IMG/VR virus record: IMGVR_UViG_3300045988_126262
Strand: one strand, 5' to 3'
DNA length: 64,000 bases
DNA from: a virus
Each line of letters opens with the position of its first letter. The first letter of the stretch is position 1. The translations under genes were made by a program, and so were the position numbers. This document shows, piece by piece, positions 8,352-17,268 of the stretch. Below the pieces are notes generated by a model. The model saw only the letters and a list, made by a program, of their open reading frames with translations, was not told the origin of the DNA and did no database searches.

Positions 8352-8915
8352 ATGGAAGAACAGGCCACATACAACAGAGAACACAAATACGATGTATTGA
8401 TAGGGATAGACCCCGACGTTGAGCGCAGCGGCTACTCCGTATTGGACACAAGGAAAATGAAAATGGAGATGAGTGTTTGCCCATTCCCCTTGTTGGTAGA
8501 GGGCATAAAAAAACTTCATGAGCACTGCAAGAAAAACGATGAACGAGTGGCGGTATATGTCGAGGCAGGTTGGAAAAACAAATCCAACTGGCATTTGTCA
8601 CCGAAGGACACACGGGCGAGCGCAGCCAAGAAAGGCGAGCATGTAGGTCGCAACCAAGAGACCGGTCGCAAGATAGTCGAAATGCTGAGTCATTACGGAA
8701 TACAAGTCATGGAGCAATCCCCATTGCGCAAGTGCTGGCAAGGGAAAGACGGCAAGATCACCCATGAAGAATTGAAGCGGTTGTGCCAGATGAGCGGGAT
8801 AGAGTTTAACAGACCCCGCAGCAACCAAGAAGAAAGGGACTCTGCCCTGCTCGCCATCACCTGCTCCGGATTGCCCATTAAATACAAGGTTGTCGAATCT
8901 GAAATAAACAAATGA
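8352..8915 (+). CDS. RuvC-like Holliday junction resolvase
   Basis: YDVLIGIDPDVERSGYSVLD matches the RuvC-fold N-terminal IGIDPG motif. Track ORF 8238 (GTG) runs through the tRNA-like element; first ATG is 8352. Confidence 0.6.
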   Translation: MEEQATYNREHKYDVLIGIDPDVERSGYSVLDTRKMKMEMSVCPFPLLVEGIKKLHEHCKKNDERVAVYVEAGWKNKSNWHLSPKDTRASAAKKGEHVGRNQETGRKIVEMLSHYGIQVMEQSPLRKCWQGKDGKITHEELKRLCQMSGIEFNRPRSNQEERDSALLAITCSGLPIKYKVVESEINK

Positions 8916-8944
8916 TATGACAGCAGAAGAATTTATAAACTCTA

Positions 8945-8993
8945 CCGTTTTCCGGCAACAAAGGCGTAAAAAATATTCCGTTTTCCGGCAACA
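8945..8993 (+). repeat. Two 16-bp direct repeats (iteron-like)
   Basis: CCGTTTTCCGGCAACA at 8945-8960 and 8978-8993 (33-bp phase); flanking AAAATATTCC is also repeated (about 8970 and 9003). Confidence 0.6.
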
Positions 8994-9032
8994 TTTTATA
9001 TTAAAATATTCCACACAACTAAAATTAAAGCT

Positions 9033-9599
9033 ATGAAGTACAAAGTTGGCGACAAAGTTCAAATTAAAAGCGAAGAATGGATTTATAACAATGTTGGAAT
9101 ACCACATGTTTTAGCATATTTGTTGGAATATGCTGGCAAATATGCTAAAATAACTCGTGTATCTAAATCAGATAATCCAAAATATAGAATAGATATAGAC
9201 TATGGAGAATTTGAGTGGTTTGATCTTCTTTTTGAAGAAAATACTATTGCAGAAACACCTACATTGCAAGACATTTCCAAAACAATACGAGAACAAAATC
9301 TTGGCGTATCGGTGAAAGAAGAGGAAGGAAAGCTCATCATCGAGCCGCTTAAAGTGGAACATGACCTACCTGTTGATACCCCGGTGATGGTAAAAATGCC
9401 AAACGACGAATGGAAACTTGCTTATTATGCAGGAGAACTTAAAACACAATCAGGGGAAATTCTTAAATCAACATGGGTAAGAGGATATAAAAGCGGACAA
9501 GGATTTGGTTCCATAAGCCAAACGCACATCATTCCTTTCGACAAGTTCGACCCGAACAACATCGAGGAAAGTCTTAAACATAACATTGTGAAGCCATGA
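9033..9599 (+). CDS. Hypothetical protein (188 aa)
   Basis: ATG ORF; ATGA overlap with the next gene. Confidence 0.6.
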   Translation: MKYKVGDKVQIKSEEWIYNNVGIPHVLAYLLEYAGKYAKITRVSKSDNPKYRIDIDYGEFEWFDLLFEENTIAETPTLQDISKTIREQNLGVSVKEEEGKLIIEPLKVEHDLPVDTPVMVKMPNDEWKLAYYAGELKTQSGEILKSTWVRGYKSGQGFGSISQTHIIPFDKFDPNNIEESLKHNIVKP

Positions 9600-9805
9600 T
9601 TATAGCCAAGCAAGTTATATCCTCCATTATCGAGGAAAAGAAAAAGAATAACAAGGAGCCCTCCATAGCGAGCTTTACCGAGATACAGTCGGTGGTTATC
9701 CAGTCGCTTAAATCCGAGATAAACGAGTTATGCAAAACCGGTGAGATTGACAAGCACAAGACCCTGAACGGGTGGGCATTCACTATCAATATTGAGAATA
9801 AATGA
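9596..9805 (+). CDS. Hypothetical protein (69 aa)
   Basis: ATGA overlaps at both ends suggest translational coupling. Confidence 0.55.
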   Translation: MIIAKQVISSIIEEKKKNNKEPSIASFTEIQSVVIQSLKSEINELCKTGEIDKHKTLNGWAFTINIENK

Positions 9806-10593
9806 AAGACAGCTTTTTGATTTATAAATCATTTTACAAACCCATATCGAGATTATCGGACAAACAACTGGGCAGGCTGTTTCGAGCAATATTCAAATAT
9901 CAACTTGGCGAGGAGGTTACGGTAGAGGAGGACATTGAAATGGCATTTGAGTTTTTCAAGAATCAATTCGAGATAGATGAACTCAAATATCAGGGCATTG
10001 TCGAGAGAAACCGGAACAACGGGCGTAAAGGAGGTAATGACAAAAACTCTGAAACGGTTAAATCAAAGTCCAGTGGGAGCCAAACGATCCACTCGACCCC
10101 AAATAACCCAGTGGGAGCCAAACGAGCCAGTGGGGGCTTAAATGATAATGATAATGAAAATGATAATGATTTAAAAGAAACTTCTCTATCGAGAAGCAAA
10201 GAAAAAGAAGAAGATTTTGGCAAAGACGTTGACAAGCCACTGACAGAACTGCGTGAAGAACTACTCTCAAATCAAACGTGGATAGAAACGCTATCGATGA
10301 ACAACCACATTGACGAGAACGAATCGAGGTTATATATCGAGGCATATATCCGTAAACTTCAAAACGAGGGTATTTCAAGAAAAAGCGTCAGCGATGCACA
10401 ACAACACTTTGCCCGCTGGTTAAGAATCGAACTAAAACGAGCACGAGATGAGCAATCCGGAATCCATCAAAAACCTAATTCCAAGACCAAACAGGAGCGA
10501 TATGCAGAGTTTGCAGAAGCCATCGCCACCAAGCTGGCAGCGGGAGATACTGGCAACCTACAAGACGGGGGAGAATCTGCTCTGCCTTTTTAG
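9802..10593 (+). CDS. Putative replication organiser (DnaD/Lin1244-like N-terminal domain)
   Basis: N-terminus FLIYKSFYKPISRLSDKQLGRLFRAIFKYQLGEE..FEIDELKYQGIVERNRNNGRKGG resembles phage replisome-organiser N-domains; low-complexity linker. Confidence 0.55.
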   Translation: MKDSFLIYKSFYKPISRLSDKQLGRLFRAIFKYQLGEEVTVEEDIEMAFEFFKNQFEIDELKYQGIVERNRNNGRKGGNDKNSETVKSKSSGSQTIHSTPNNPVGAKRASGGLNDNDNENDNDLKETSLSRSKEKEEDFGKDVDKPLTELREELLSNQTWIETLSMNNHIDENESRLYIEAYIRKLQNEGISRKSVSDAQQHFARWLRIELKRARDEQSGIHQKPNSKTKQERYAEFAEAIATKLAAGDTGNLQDGGESALPF

Positions 10594-11098
10594 CCCAGAC
10601 AATCAAAGCCGCTATTGCCAGAGCCTCGAACGCTGCTTTATCGGCAAGGCTCCGAGCATAGCCCGTGTATCGAGGACATTCGGCAGTCACATCGCCGAGT
10701 CGTGGCTGGAAATACAGCTTCTCGACCTCGCCGAATTTTCGGGAGTCCGCAAGGACGGAATGACGGAAAAGGAGTATGAGGAGATAGCCCGTATCATCAT
10801 CTCCGGCTATGGCGATTTCAAGCTCACCGAGTTCATGGTATTCTTTCAGCGGTTCAAGCAAGGGCTTTACGGGACGTTCTACGGAGTTTTCGACCCTATG
10901 GTGATAACAAGGTCTCTTCGAGAGTTCAGAGCCGACAGAGAGAAACTATTGCGGTTCTATGAGGACAAGAAAAGGCAGGAGGAAAAGGAACGGGAATGGG
11001 AACGAAGCAGAACCACCAGCCTCACCTTCGAGGAATGGGAAGAGCTCAAATGGCTGTTTAACATGGGATATGAAATGAATGATTTGAAGCAAAATTAA
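10502..11098 (+). CDS. Conserved hypothetical protein of the replication module (start uncertain)
   Basis: Track ORF 10448-11098 overlaps the upstream gene by 146 nt; alternative ATG at 10502. Conserved-looking core ..WLEIQLLDLAEFSG..MVFFQRFKQGLYGTFYG. Confidence 0.55.
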   Translation: MQSLQKPSPPSWQREILATYKTGENLLCLFSPDNQSRYCQSLERCFIGKAPSIARVSRTFGSHIAESWLEIQLLDLAEFSGVRKDGMTEKEYEEIARIIISGYGDFKLTEFMVFFQRFKQGLYGTFYGVFDPMVITRSLREFRADREKLLRFYEDKKRQEEKEREWERSRTTSLTFEEWEELKWLFNMGYEMNDLKQN

Positions 11099-11113
11099 GA
11101 AAGGAGAAATGAC

Positions 11114-11416
11114 ATGGAAATAACATTGATAGCGGGATTAGCCATTCTTTTTATTACGCTTGTAATATTTATTTATCTTGACATAAGGAATGACCGAGTA
11201 TATGTTTTCTCGAAGCATATTATCAACTGTTCCCATGAAGAAGTTCAGCGAGTTATCTATGAAGACATAGACAGAGCTAAGCAACTATATAGCCGATTAG
11301 ACGAGCTATACAATAGGAATAGCTACGACGAAATGCTTTACAGCATAAGGCCTCTCAAAGTCAAATATTGGTTCACCGAGGAGGAAATAAAAACTTTTAA
11401 TCTCAGTGACTTATGA
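11114..11416 (+). CDS. Hypothetical membrane-anchored protein (100 aa)
   Basis: N-terminal TM segment ITLIAGLAILFITLVIFIYL. Confidence 0.55.
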   Translation: MEITLIAGLAILFITLVIFIYLDIRNDRVYVFSKHIINCSHEEVQRVIYEDIDRAKQLYSRLDELYNRNSYDEMLYSIRPLKVKYWFTEEEIKTFNLSDL

Positions 11417-11539
11417 GGATAGGGTTGTTAGATGTAGATCATACAGTAATTAGGCTACGGGTAAGACTATTCGAGACTGCCGTGTACTGTCCAAATTATT
11501 AAAACAAATTGAGAATTACAGCAAAAAGGAAAGTTAAGT

Positions 11540-12295
11540 ATGAAAGACATAGAGCTTTACAACGACTCATTCCAGAATTATAAAGTCTATGGTCTGCCAA
11601 AAGCGCAGCTGATTATAGCAGATGTGCCGTATAATTTGGCGAATAACGCCTACGCCAGCAACCCCGCATGGTATATCGACGGAGACAACAAGAACGGCGA
11701 GAGCGCATTGGCAGGCAAACAATTCTTCTCGTCCGACAGCGAGTTTCGTCCGGCCGAGTTCATGCACTTCTGTTCAAAAATGCTCGTGAAAGAGCCGAAA
11801 GAAGCTGGCAAATCCCCCTGCATGATACTGTTTTGCGAGTACGAACAGCAATTCAAATTCATAGAGTTAGGACGCAAATACGGGTTAAATCACTACATAC
11901 CGCTGGTTTTCCGCAAGGACTTCTCTGCGCAAGTGTTGAAAGCAAACATGAAGGTCGTCGGCAACTGCGAATACGGCCTTATCCTTTATCGGGACAAGTT
12001 GCCCAAATTCAACAACAACGGGAGAATGATTTTCAACTGCTTCGACTGGGTGAGGGACAACACCACGCCCAAATGCCACCCTTGCCAGAAACCTGTCCCG
12101 CTCCTCAAACGGTTGATAGAGATATTCACGGACAAGGGCGATGTTGTCATCGACCCGTGCGCAGGAAGCGGCACAACCCTGTATGCGGCGGCCTCATTGG
12201 GAAGAAAGGCATATGGTTTCGAGGTCAACAAACAGTTCTATAACGACGCAAATGAAAAGGTCTTGAAAAGAATACAAGTCAGTTTATTTCAATAA
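11540..12295 (+). CDS. DNA methyltransferase (beta-class N6A/N4C type)
   Basis: Motif IV-like IIADVPYN lies N-terminal to motif I VIDPCAGSGTTLYAA, the permuted order typical of the N4/N6 MTase family. Confidence 0.8.
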   Translation: MKDIELYNDSFQNYKVYGLPKAQLIIADVPYNLANNAYASNPAWYIDGDNKNGESALAGKQFFSSDSEFRPAEFMHFCSKMLVKEPKEAGKSPCMILFCEYEQQFKFIELGRKYGLNHYIPLVFRKDFSAQVLKANMKVVGNCEYGLILYRDKLPKFNNNGRMIFNCFDWVRDNTTPKCHPCQKPVPLLKRLIEIFTDKGDVVIDPCAGSGTTLYAAASLGRKAYGFEVNKQFYNDANEKVLKRIQVSLFQ

Positions 12296-12350
12296 ATTAT
12301 AAAAAGAATACGAATATGGGAGAAACCGAACTTATGAAAGGAGGAGAGCA

Positions 12351-12884
12351 ATGAGAAAAACGATATTAGATGCCTGTTGTGGGGGAAAGATGTTCTACTT
12401 CGACAAACATGACGAAAGAGTTCTTTTTCAAGACATTCGAAAGGTATCTACTCATTTATGCGATGGTAGATCATTTGAAGTAAATCCCGACATACAAGCC
12501 GACTTTACAAATATGCCCTACGAGGATAAATCTTTTTCGATGGTAGTTTTCGATCCGCCTCACTTATTAAGGAATGCTGGAAAGTCAAAGATGGCAGATA
12601 TGTACGGAAGTTTGAACGAAAAAGCATCGCCAACAGGCTACCAACAAATTAAATACGGAGCTCTGTATTCAGATTGGCGTGATATGCTGGCAAAGGGATT
12701 TAAAGAATGTTTTCGAGTCCTGAAACCCGGAGGATTTTTGATTTTCAAATGGAACGAGACCGACATCAAAGTGTCGGAAGTTCTTAAACTCACACCTGAA
12801 AAGCCAATATTCGGGCATATATCCGGCAAACGTTCTAATACACATTGGATTTGTTTCATGAAAGATTTTATAAAGGAGGAATAA
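12351..12884 (+). CDS. SAM-dependent methyltransferase, probable DNA adenine MTase
   Basis: ILDACCGGKMFYF (motif I-like), VVFDPPHL (DPPH/DPPY-like) and LKPGGFLIFKW; start context GAGAGCAATG. Confidence 0.65.
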   Translation: MRKTILDACCGGKMFYFDKHDERVLFQDIRKVSTHLCDGRSFEVNPDIQADFTNMPYEDKSFSMVVFDPPHLLRNAGKSKMADMYGSLNEKASPTGYQQIKYGALYSDWRDMLAKGFKECFRVLKPGGFLIFKWNETDIKVSEVLKLTPEKPIFGHISGKRSNTHWICFMKDFIKEE

Positions 12885-12887
12885 GAG

Positions 12888-13205
12888 ATGTTTATTTTAA
12901 AATGGATAAAAGCAAAGAAAAACGGTATACCATTATATATTAAAGACAAATGGTATAATTATAGGGCGATGATGACAGAAAGTGAAGCGAAAACAACAGA
13001 TCATATACAGATATACGATGACAATGGAAAATATATCGTCCCCAAAAGAGGAGTTACTGTTAATGTTTTTTTCTCAAAAAAGAAAGTTATAGCTACTTAT
13101 GTAATAATAGGGATTCATGAAGAATCGCGGAATAAGGATTGGTTATATGCTTACGATTGGGTAAATGTAGATTTATTTTTCGTTGGAAATATAAAAAAGA
13201 TATGA
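12888..13205 (+). CDS. Hypothetical protein (105 aa)
   Basis: ATG ORF 4 nt after the upstream stop; AT-rich. Confidence 0.5.
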   Translation: MFILKWIKAKKNGIPLYIKDKWYNYRAMMTESEAKTTDHIQIYDDNGKYIVPKRGVTVNVFFSKKKVIATYVIIGIHEESRNKDWLYAYDWVNVDLFFVGNIKKI

Positions 13206-13220
13206 GAAAGGAGGAAAGCA

Positions 13221-13415
13221 ATGATTGAACGATTAAAATGCTGTATCAACATTCTGTTTGAAAAGCAATATATCGTTTTTACGGCAGACAAATACAAGAT
13301 GGGTAAGTTCGGATCAGGATATATCCGTACAACTAATAAAGCATTCTTACAAGCGGCCATTGAGGTTATAGAGGAAATAGATAGTCATCTTGTTGAAGTT
13401 AATGAGAAAAATTGA
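13221..13415 (+). CDS. Hypothetical protein (64 aa)
   Basis: ATG ORF in a co-directional array. Confidence 0.45.
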   Translation: MIERLKCCINILFEKQYIVFTADKYKMGKFGSGYIRTTNKAFLQAAIEVIEEIDSHLVEVNEKN

Positions 13416-13421
13416 TAGGTA

Positions 13422-13745
13422 ATGAAAATAGAAGATATTGAGAAGAAGTCATTAGAATATGCCAAAACAGCAACCCCATCTTGTGTCTTTGGAGATTTTG
13501 ATAAGTACGCAATAGCTGATGCTTTCGAGCATGGTGCAAACTGGCGTATCGATTCAGTGTGGCATTACATAGATAAGAAGGAAATTCCCGAATGTTTTAA
13601 ATCAATTCTATTGGAGTATAAAGAACAAGGAATACCTCTTATAAAGGTTGCAATAAGAGACCACTATGATGATTCTTTCTTTATGGAAGGTTGGATACGT
13701 TGGGCATATGTAGAAGACTTGTTACCAAATAAACAGGAGGAATAG
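13422..13745 (+). CDS. Hypothetical protein (107 aa)
   Basis: ATG ORF in a co-directional array. Confidence 0.55.
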   Translation: MKIEDIEKKSLEYAKTATPSCVFGDFDKYAIADAFEHGANWRIDSVWHYIDKKEIPECFKSILLEYKEQGIPLIKVAIRDHYDDSFFMEGWIRWAYVEDLLPNKQEE

Positions 13746-13773
13746 AGGTTGAAAGACTTAAAAAGAAAAGAAT

Positions 13774-13944
13774 ATGACAGTACAAGAATTGATTGACGAA
13801 CTTGAAAAAGTTCCAGATAAGTCAGCCGAAGTGTTTTATCTTTCAGATAGTGGCGATTTCTTTAATAATTTAGAAGTCTATTCTATGGGTAAGATATATG
13901 GAGACGACGAGGTTACAGAAGTTTATCTAATTAATGGAGATTGA
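13774..13944 (+). CDS. Small hypothetical protein (56 aa)
   Basis: Own translation MTVQELIDELEKVPDKSAEVFYLSDSGDFFNNLEVYSMGKIYGDDEVTEVYLINGD; fills the gap between annotated ORFs. Confidence 0.4.
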   Translation: MTVQELIDELEKVPDKSAEVFYLSDSGDFFNNLEVYSMGKIYGDDEVTEVYLINGD

Positions 13945-13947
13945 AAT

Positions 13948-14673
13948 ATGAAGAAGATAGATTTAACAGGGAATAGGTATGGTCACCTTACTGTCCTGAA
14001 AGAAAATGGGAAACGAGGAAAGAATATTCTTTGGCTATGCCGTTGTGACTGTGGAAACGAAATAAATGTAATTCCGTATAATCTAAAAAACGGTCATACG
14101 CAATCATGTGGATGTATTAGGGGAAATAATCGTATAACGCACCATAAATCAAAAAGTAGGCTATATAGAATATGGAGGAGCATTAAAAGTAGATGTCTCA
14201 ATGAAAATGTATCTCATTATAAATACTATGGTGGTAGAGGGATTTCATTATGCGAGAAATGGACGAACTCATTTGAAAAGTTTTATGAGTGGGCTAACGC
14301 AAATGGGTATCAAGATAATTTGAGCATTGACCGAATAGATGTAAACGGCAATTACGAGCCATCAAATTGCCGTTGGACTAACGCAAAGAAACAGGCAAAT
14401 AACAAAACAAATAACCGATTGATTGAGTATAACGGAGAAACCCATACTTTATCAGAGTGGTCAGACATATTAGGTATTAACCACTTGACTATATCTAAAA
14501 GGATAGATGATTATGGTTGGGACATAAAGAGGGCATTTGAAACTCCTGTTCGAGATAGAATATCCGATGAAATGATTCAATGCGATTGTGGATGCGGAAC
14601 AATTATTAGACGCTATTCTAAATATGGAAGAGAACGTAGATATGTTGTCGGACACAACAATAGAAAACGGTAA
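13948..14673 (+). CDS. HNH_3-like / Cys-rich DNA-binding protein
   Basis: CRCDCGNE..SCGC zinc-like cluster. YGGRGISLCEKW..LSIDRIDVNGNYEPSNCRW resembles HNH_3 (IDHIDGN..NL) with the His replaced by Arg. Confidence 0.55.
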   Translation: MKKIDLTGNRYGHLTVLKENGKRGKNILWLCRCDCGNEINVIPYNLKNGHTQSCGCIRGNNRITHHKSKSRLYRIWRSIKSRCLNENVSHYKYYGGRGISLCEKWTNSFEKFYEWANANGYQDNLSIDRIDVNGNYEPSNCRWTNAKKQANNKTNNRLIEYNGETHTLSEWSDILGINHLTISKRIDDYGWDIKRAFETPVRDRISDEMIQCDCGCGTIIRRYSKYGRERRYVVGHNNRKR

Positions 14674-14717
14674 TAGAACCCCTATGTATTTGTGTATGAT
14701 TTCGAACTGGTAAAGAA

Positions 14718-15254
14718 ATGGAAATAGATAAAATAGAGGCATTTGATTATATGCTCCACCTTTTTGAGGAGTGGCGGGATAATCATGAAACGATTAAGGG
14801 CAAGCCGTTTCCTAAACTTACAGCCATGAAACTGCTGTTTTTGGCTGCTGCTCCTAAGAAAGATAGAGGCGATGACCTTTTGGATATATTCGATAATTTC
14901 TATGCTATGCCATATGGCCCGGTGGAGAGTGATGTATATAATGCAATGTGCGAAGATAAACTTCCTTCGTTTTCGGTTAAATATCGTAGTATTGAACCAA
15001 GAGAAGGTGCGGAACCGTATAACGCAAAAAGATATAATTGCAAGCTTTATCACAGAGTAAGAAATGCTGTAAATGACCTGAGAGAGAAAAACGAAAAATT
15101 GGTATTACTAAATGCTTTTGAACTAGTAGAGATTACTCATAGATGGTCTAGTTGGAATCGGGCGATGGATTTTGCTGAATTTATGAAGCAATTGAGTGCC
15201 AAGATGTCTATTGATTCTATTAGGGATTCAAGCAAGATATTCGATTTAAAATGA
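14718..15254 (+). CDS. Panacea (DUF4065/SocA-like) domain protein, candidate PanA antitoxin
   Basis: LTAMKLLFLAAAP..FYAMPYGPVESDVYNAM fits the DUF4065 pattern KLxKLLY....A..YGPV...vY. Confidence 0.55.
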   Translation: MEIDKIEAFDYMLHLFEEWRDNHETIKGKPFPKLTAMKLLFLAAAPKKDRGDDLLDIFDNFYAMPYGPVESDVYNAMCEDKLPSFSVKYRSIEPREGAEPYNAKRYNCKLYHRVRNAVNDLREKNEKLVLLNAFELVEITHRWSSWNRAMDFAEFMKQLSAKMSIDSIRDSSKIFDLK

Positions 15255-15263
15255 AATATAATC

Positions 15264-15980
15264 ATGGAAAGAAAAGTAGGAGAAATATTTGAGTACAACG
15301 GTGAATGGTATAAGTGTATTGAACAACCCAAAGATTATATAGGTGATGTTTGCAAAATCTGTTCTTTTAGTGGAATAGGAAATTGTGAGCTTGATAGATG
15401 TGTCGAAACTTATAGAAGTGATGGTAAATCTGTCATTTTCAAGAAACTTGAAAAGGTCGGAGAGCCATTTGTATATGATGGCAGAATAATGCAAAAATAT
15501 AAGGACGTTTATAGCCCTACAATTTTCACCTATAAATCATTGTACTGTTATAATGGACTCGATGGAAGAATATGTATAGAAATACCCAAAAACAAAGAAA
15601 ATATGGAAGAAAAGAAATTGAACTTAAAAGAATTTAACATTGAAGCAGCCAAAGCTGGTAAGCCAGTCTGCACAAGAGACGGAAGAAAGGTAAGGATTAT
15701 TTGCTTTGACGCAGAATGTAATAAGCCAATTGTTGCTTTAATATACGATTGTAATAAAGAAACTGTTTTTCAATATCTTAAAAGTGGTAGATTTTTTGTT
15801 GACCAGATTGATAAATATGATCTCATGATGCTCCCCCAGAAGAAAGAGGGGTGGGTTAATATCTATAAAGATTTCGAGGATACAGTTTGTTGTATTTATT
15901 CAACAGAAAAAGAAGCTCTTGAAGAGAAAGAAACAGAAGAAGATTACATCACAACCGTTAAAATCGAGTGGGAGGAGTAA
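15264..15980 (+). CDS. Hypothetical protein (238 aa), possible partner of the upstream Panacea-domain gene
   Basis: Starts 10 nt after the PanA-like stop; Cys-rich N-terminus (C..C..C..C); no toxin motif recognised. Confidence 0.55.
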   Translation: MERKVGEIFEYNGEWYKCIEQPKDYIGDVCKICSFSGIGNCELDRCVETYRSDGKSVIFKKLEKVGEPFVYDGRIMQKYKDVYSPTIFTYKSLYCYNGLDGRICIEIPKNKENMEEKKLNLKEFNIEAAKAGKPVCTRDGRKVRIICFDAECNKPIVALIYDCNKETVFQYLKSGRFFVDQIDKYDLMMLPQKKEGWVNIYKDFEDTVCCIYSTEKEALEEKETEEDYITTVKIEWEE

Positions 15981-15982
15981 CA

Positions 15983-16249
15983 ATGAAGACAGATAAAAGA
16001 CTAAAACCATGTCCTTTTTGTGGTAAAATACCACAAATATATGTTTGTGACGAAGAAGGGAATATACATATTGACGAATACGAAAATGATCCGTGGAGTG
16101 GATTGTGTTATGCAATATGCCACGATATAAGCAATTGCGATTGTGATAATGTTGATTGTCCTATTGCCACACATGAAGGAGAGATATTAGGGACTCAGCT
16201 TTATGAAAGTATTGATGAACTTGTAGAAAAATGGAATAAAAGGTTTTGA
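15983..16249 (+). CDS. Lar-family restriction alleviation-like zinc-ribbon protein
   Basis: MKTDKRLKPCPFCGK.. matches the LKPCPFCGG start typical of Lar_restr_allev proteins. Track start 15968 is GTG; first ATG is 15983. Confidence 0.55.
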   Translation: MKTDKRLKPCPFCGKIPQIYVCDEEGNIHIDEYENDPWSGLCYAICHDISNCDCDNVDCPIATHEGEILGTQLYESIDELVEKWNKRF

Positions 16250-16250
16250 T

Positions 16251-16685
16251 ATGAACATCGAAATATTGAAAGAGGAATACAGCCGGAAAATGGAGAAGGC
16301 TCTGAGAAGGGGCGACTTCGATCTGTTTGAAAACTTACGAAGGCAATACGACCGGCTACTGCAAACCCGTGAGCAAGTCACGGCAAAAACAATCACCGAC
16401 ACCATGAGCAAAGAGGACAAAGAGAAATGCAATCGCCTCCTGAGAAAAATCCCAGTGTTGGCGGACATTGCAGAATCCTCCGCCGTCGATTTACTTTCAC
16501 TACTGAAAAAATACGACGGAACTGTTTCCCTTCCTATGCTGGAAGAACTGAGAGCTTTCAACCACATTGCCCGTGACCTGCGATCCATCATAGACCGTGT
16601 AGGAGACGAATCTTTTGCCATTTCCTTTGGAGATACATGTGACAGGGTGAACGAAAAAATCGAAAGCATATTTGATGAAAATTAG
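16251..16685 (+). CDS. Hypothetical protein (144 aa)
   Basis: ATG ORF 2 nt after the upstream stop. Confidence 0.6.
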   Translation: MNIEILKEEYSRKMEKALRRGDFDLFENLRRQYDRLLQTREQVTAKTITDTMSKEDKEKCNRLLRKIPVLADIAESSAVDLLSLLKKYDGTVSLPMLEELRAFNHIARDLRSIIDRVGDESFAISFGDTCDRVNEKIESIFDEN

Positions 16686-16720
16686 GAGTAAAATATGAGT
16701 TATAAAAAATTATTTGAAAC

Positions 16721-16930
16721 ATGATTGAGAGTATATACAAGTCATATCCTTTCTGCGAGAATTGGGAGAAGAAACATTGCAAGAGTGTCATTGAGGAAGC
16801 CTATCAGTGGGGTGAACAACTCAAAAAGAAAAATATTAAGCAAAAAATTAATACAAGAATAAACATGATGAGATTTTATAATGGGACGAAGCAGGATATA
16901 AATGGGAACTGCAAAGTTACCAAAAGTTAA
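16721..16930 (+). CDS. Hypothetical protein (69 aa)
   Basis: ATG ORF; its last 17 nt (..KVTKS*) form the start of repeat copy A. Confidence 0.45.
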   Translation: MIESIYKSYPFCENWEKKHCKSVIEEAYQWGEQLKKKNIKQKINTRINMMRFYNGTKQDINGNCKVTKS

Positions 16931-17038
16931 ACTCTTGATTATGAGTAAAATAAGGCTGTAAATATTTGGTTAACTCACTGATAATGAGTATCTTTACAAT
17001 ACTAAAACAAACAACATTACTAACAATTAAAAGACAAA
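16914..17038 (+). repeat. Promoter/leader repeat, copy A (125 bp)
   Basis: Differs from copies B (29471) and C (38338) at only 3 positions; carries TTTG-N20-TATCTTTA (-33/-7-like). Confidence 0.85.
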
Positions 17039-17042
17039 AACG

Positions 17043-17225
17043 ATGAAAGTAAAAGAAATAATGGTAGGTTTGAGATACAGAATTTCGGGTGATTTACAAA
17101 ATGGGAATTATGTAACGCACGATGATGTAGTGCGAAAAATAACACGCATTACCGATACACATGTGATATGTGAATGTGGTCGCATATTTATTATAAATAG
17201 TAATCTAAAGATTGAAAAATTCTAA
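17043..17225 (+). CDS. Hypothetical protein (60 aa), first gene of cassette A
   Basis: ATG just after repeat copy A. Confidence 0.5.
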   Translation: MKVKEIMVGLRYRISGDLQNGNYVTHDDVVRKITRITDTHVICECGRIFIINSNLKIEKF

Positions 17226-17268
17226 GTTTAACCGACAGGGCGAAAGCCCTATATAACACATAAGAGCA

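Noticed and set aside
8918-9037. 39-codon ORF (MTAEEFINSTVFRQQRRKKYSVFRQHFILKYSTQLKLKL) spanning the iteron-like repeats
   Set aside because: Its internal peptide repeat (VFRQ) merely mirrors the DNA direct repeats. I judged a DNA-level function more likely, though a small protein cannot be excluded.
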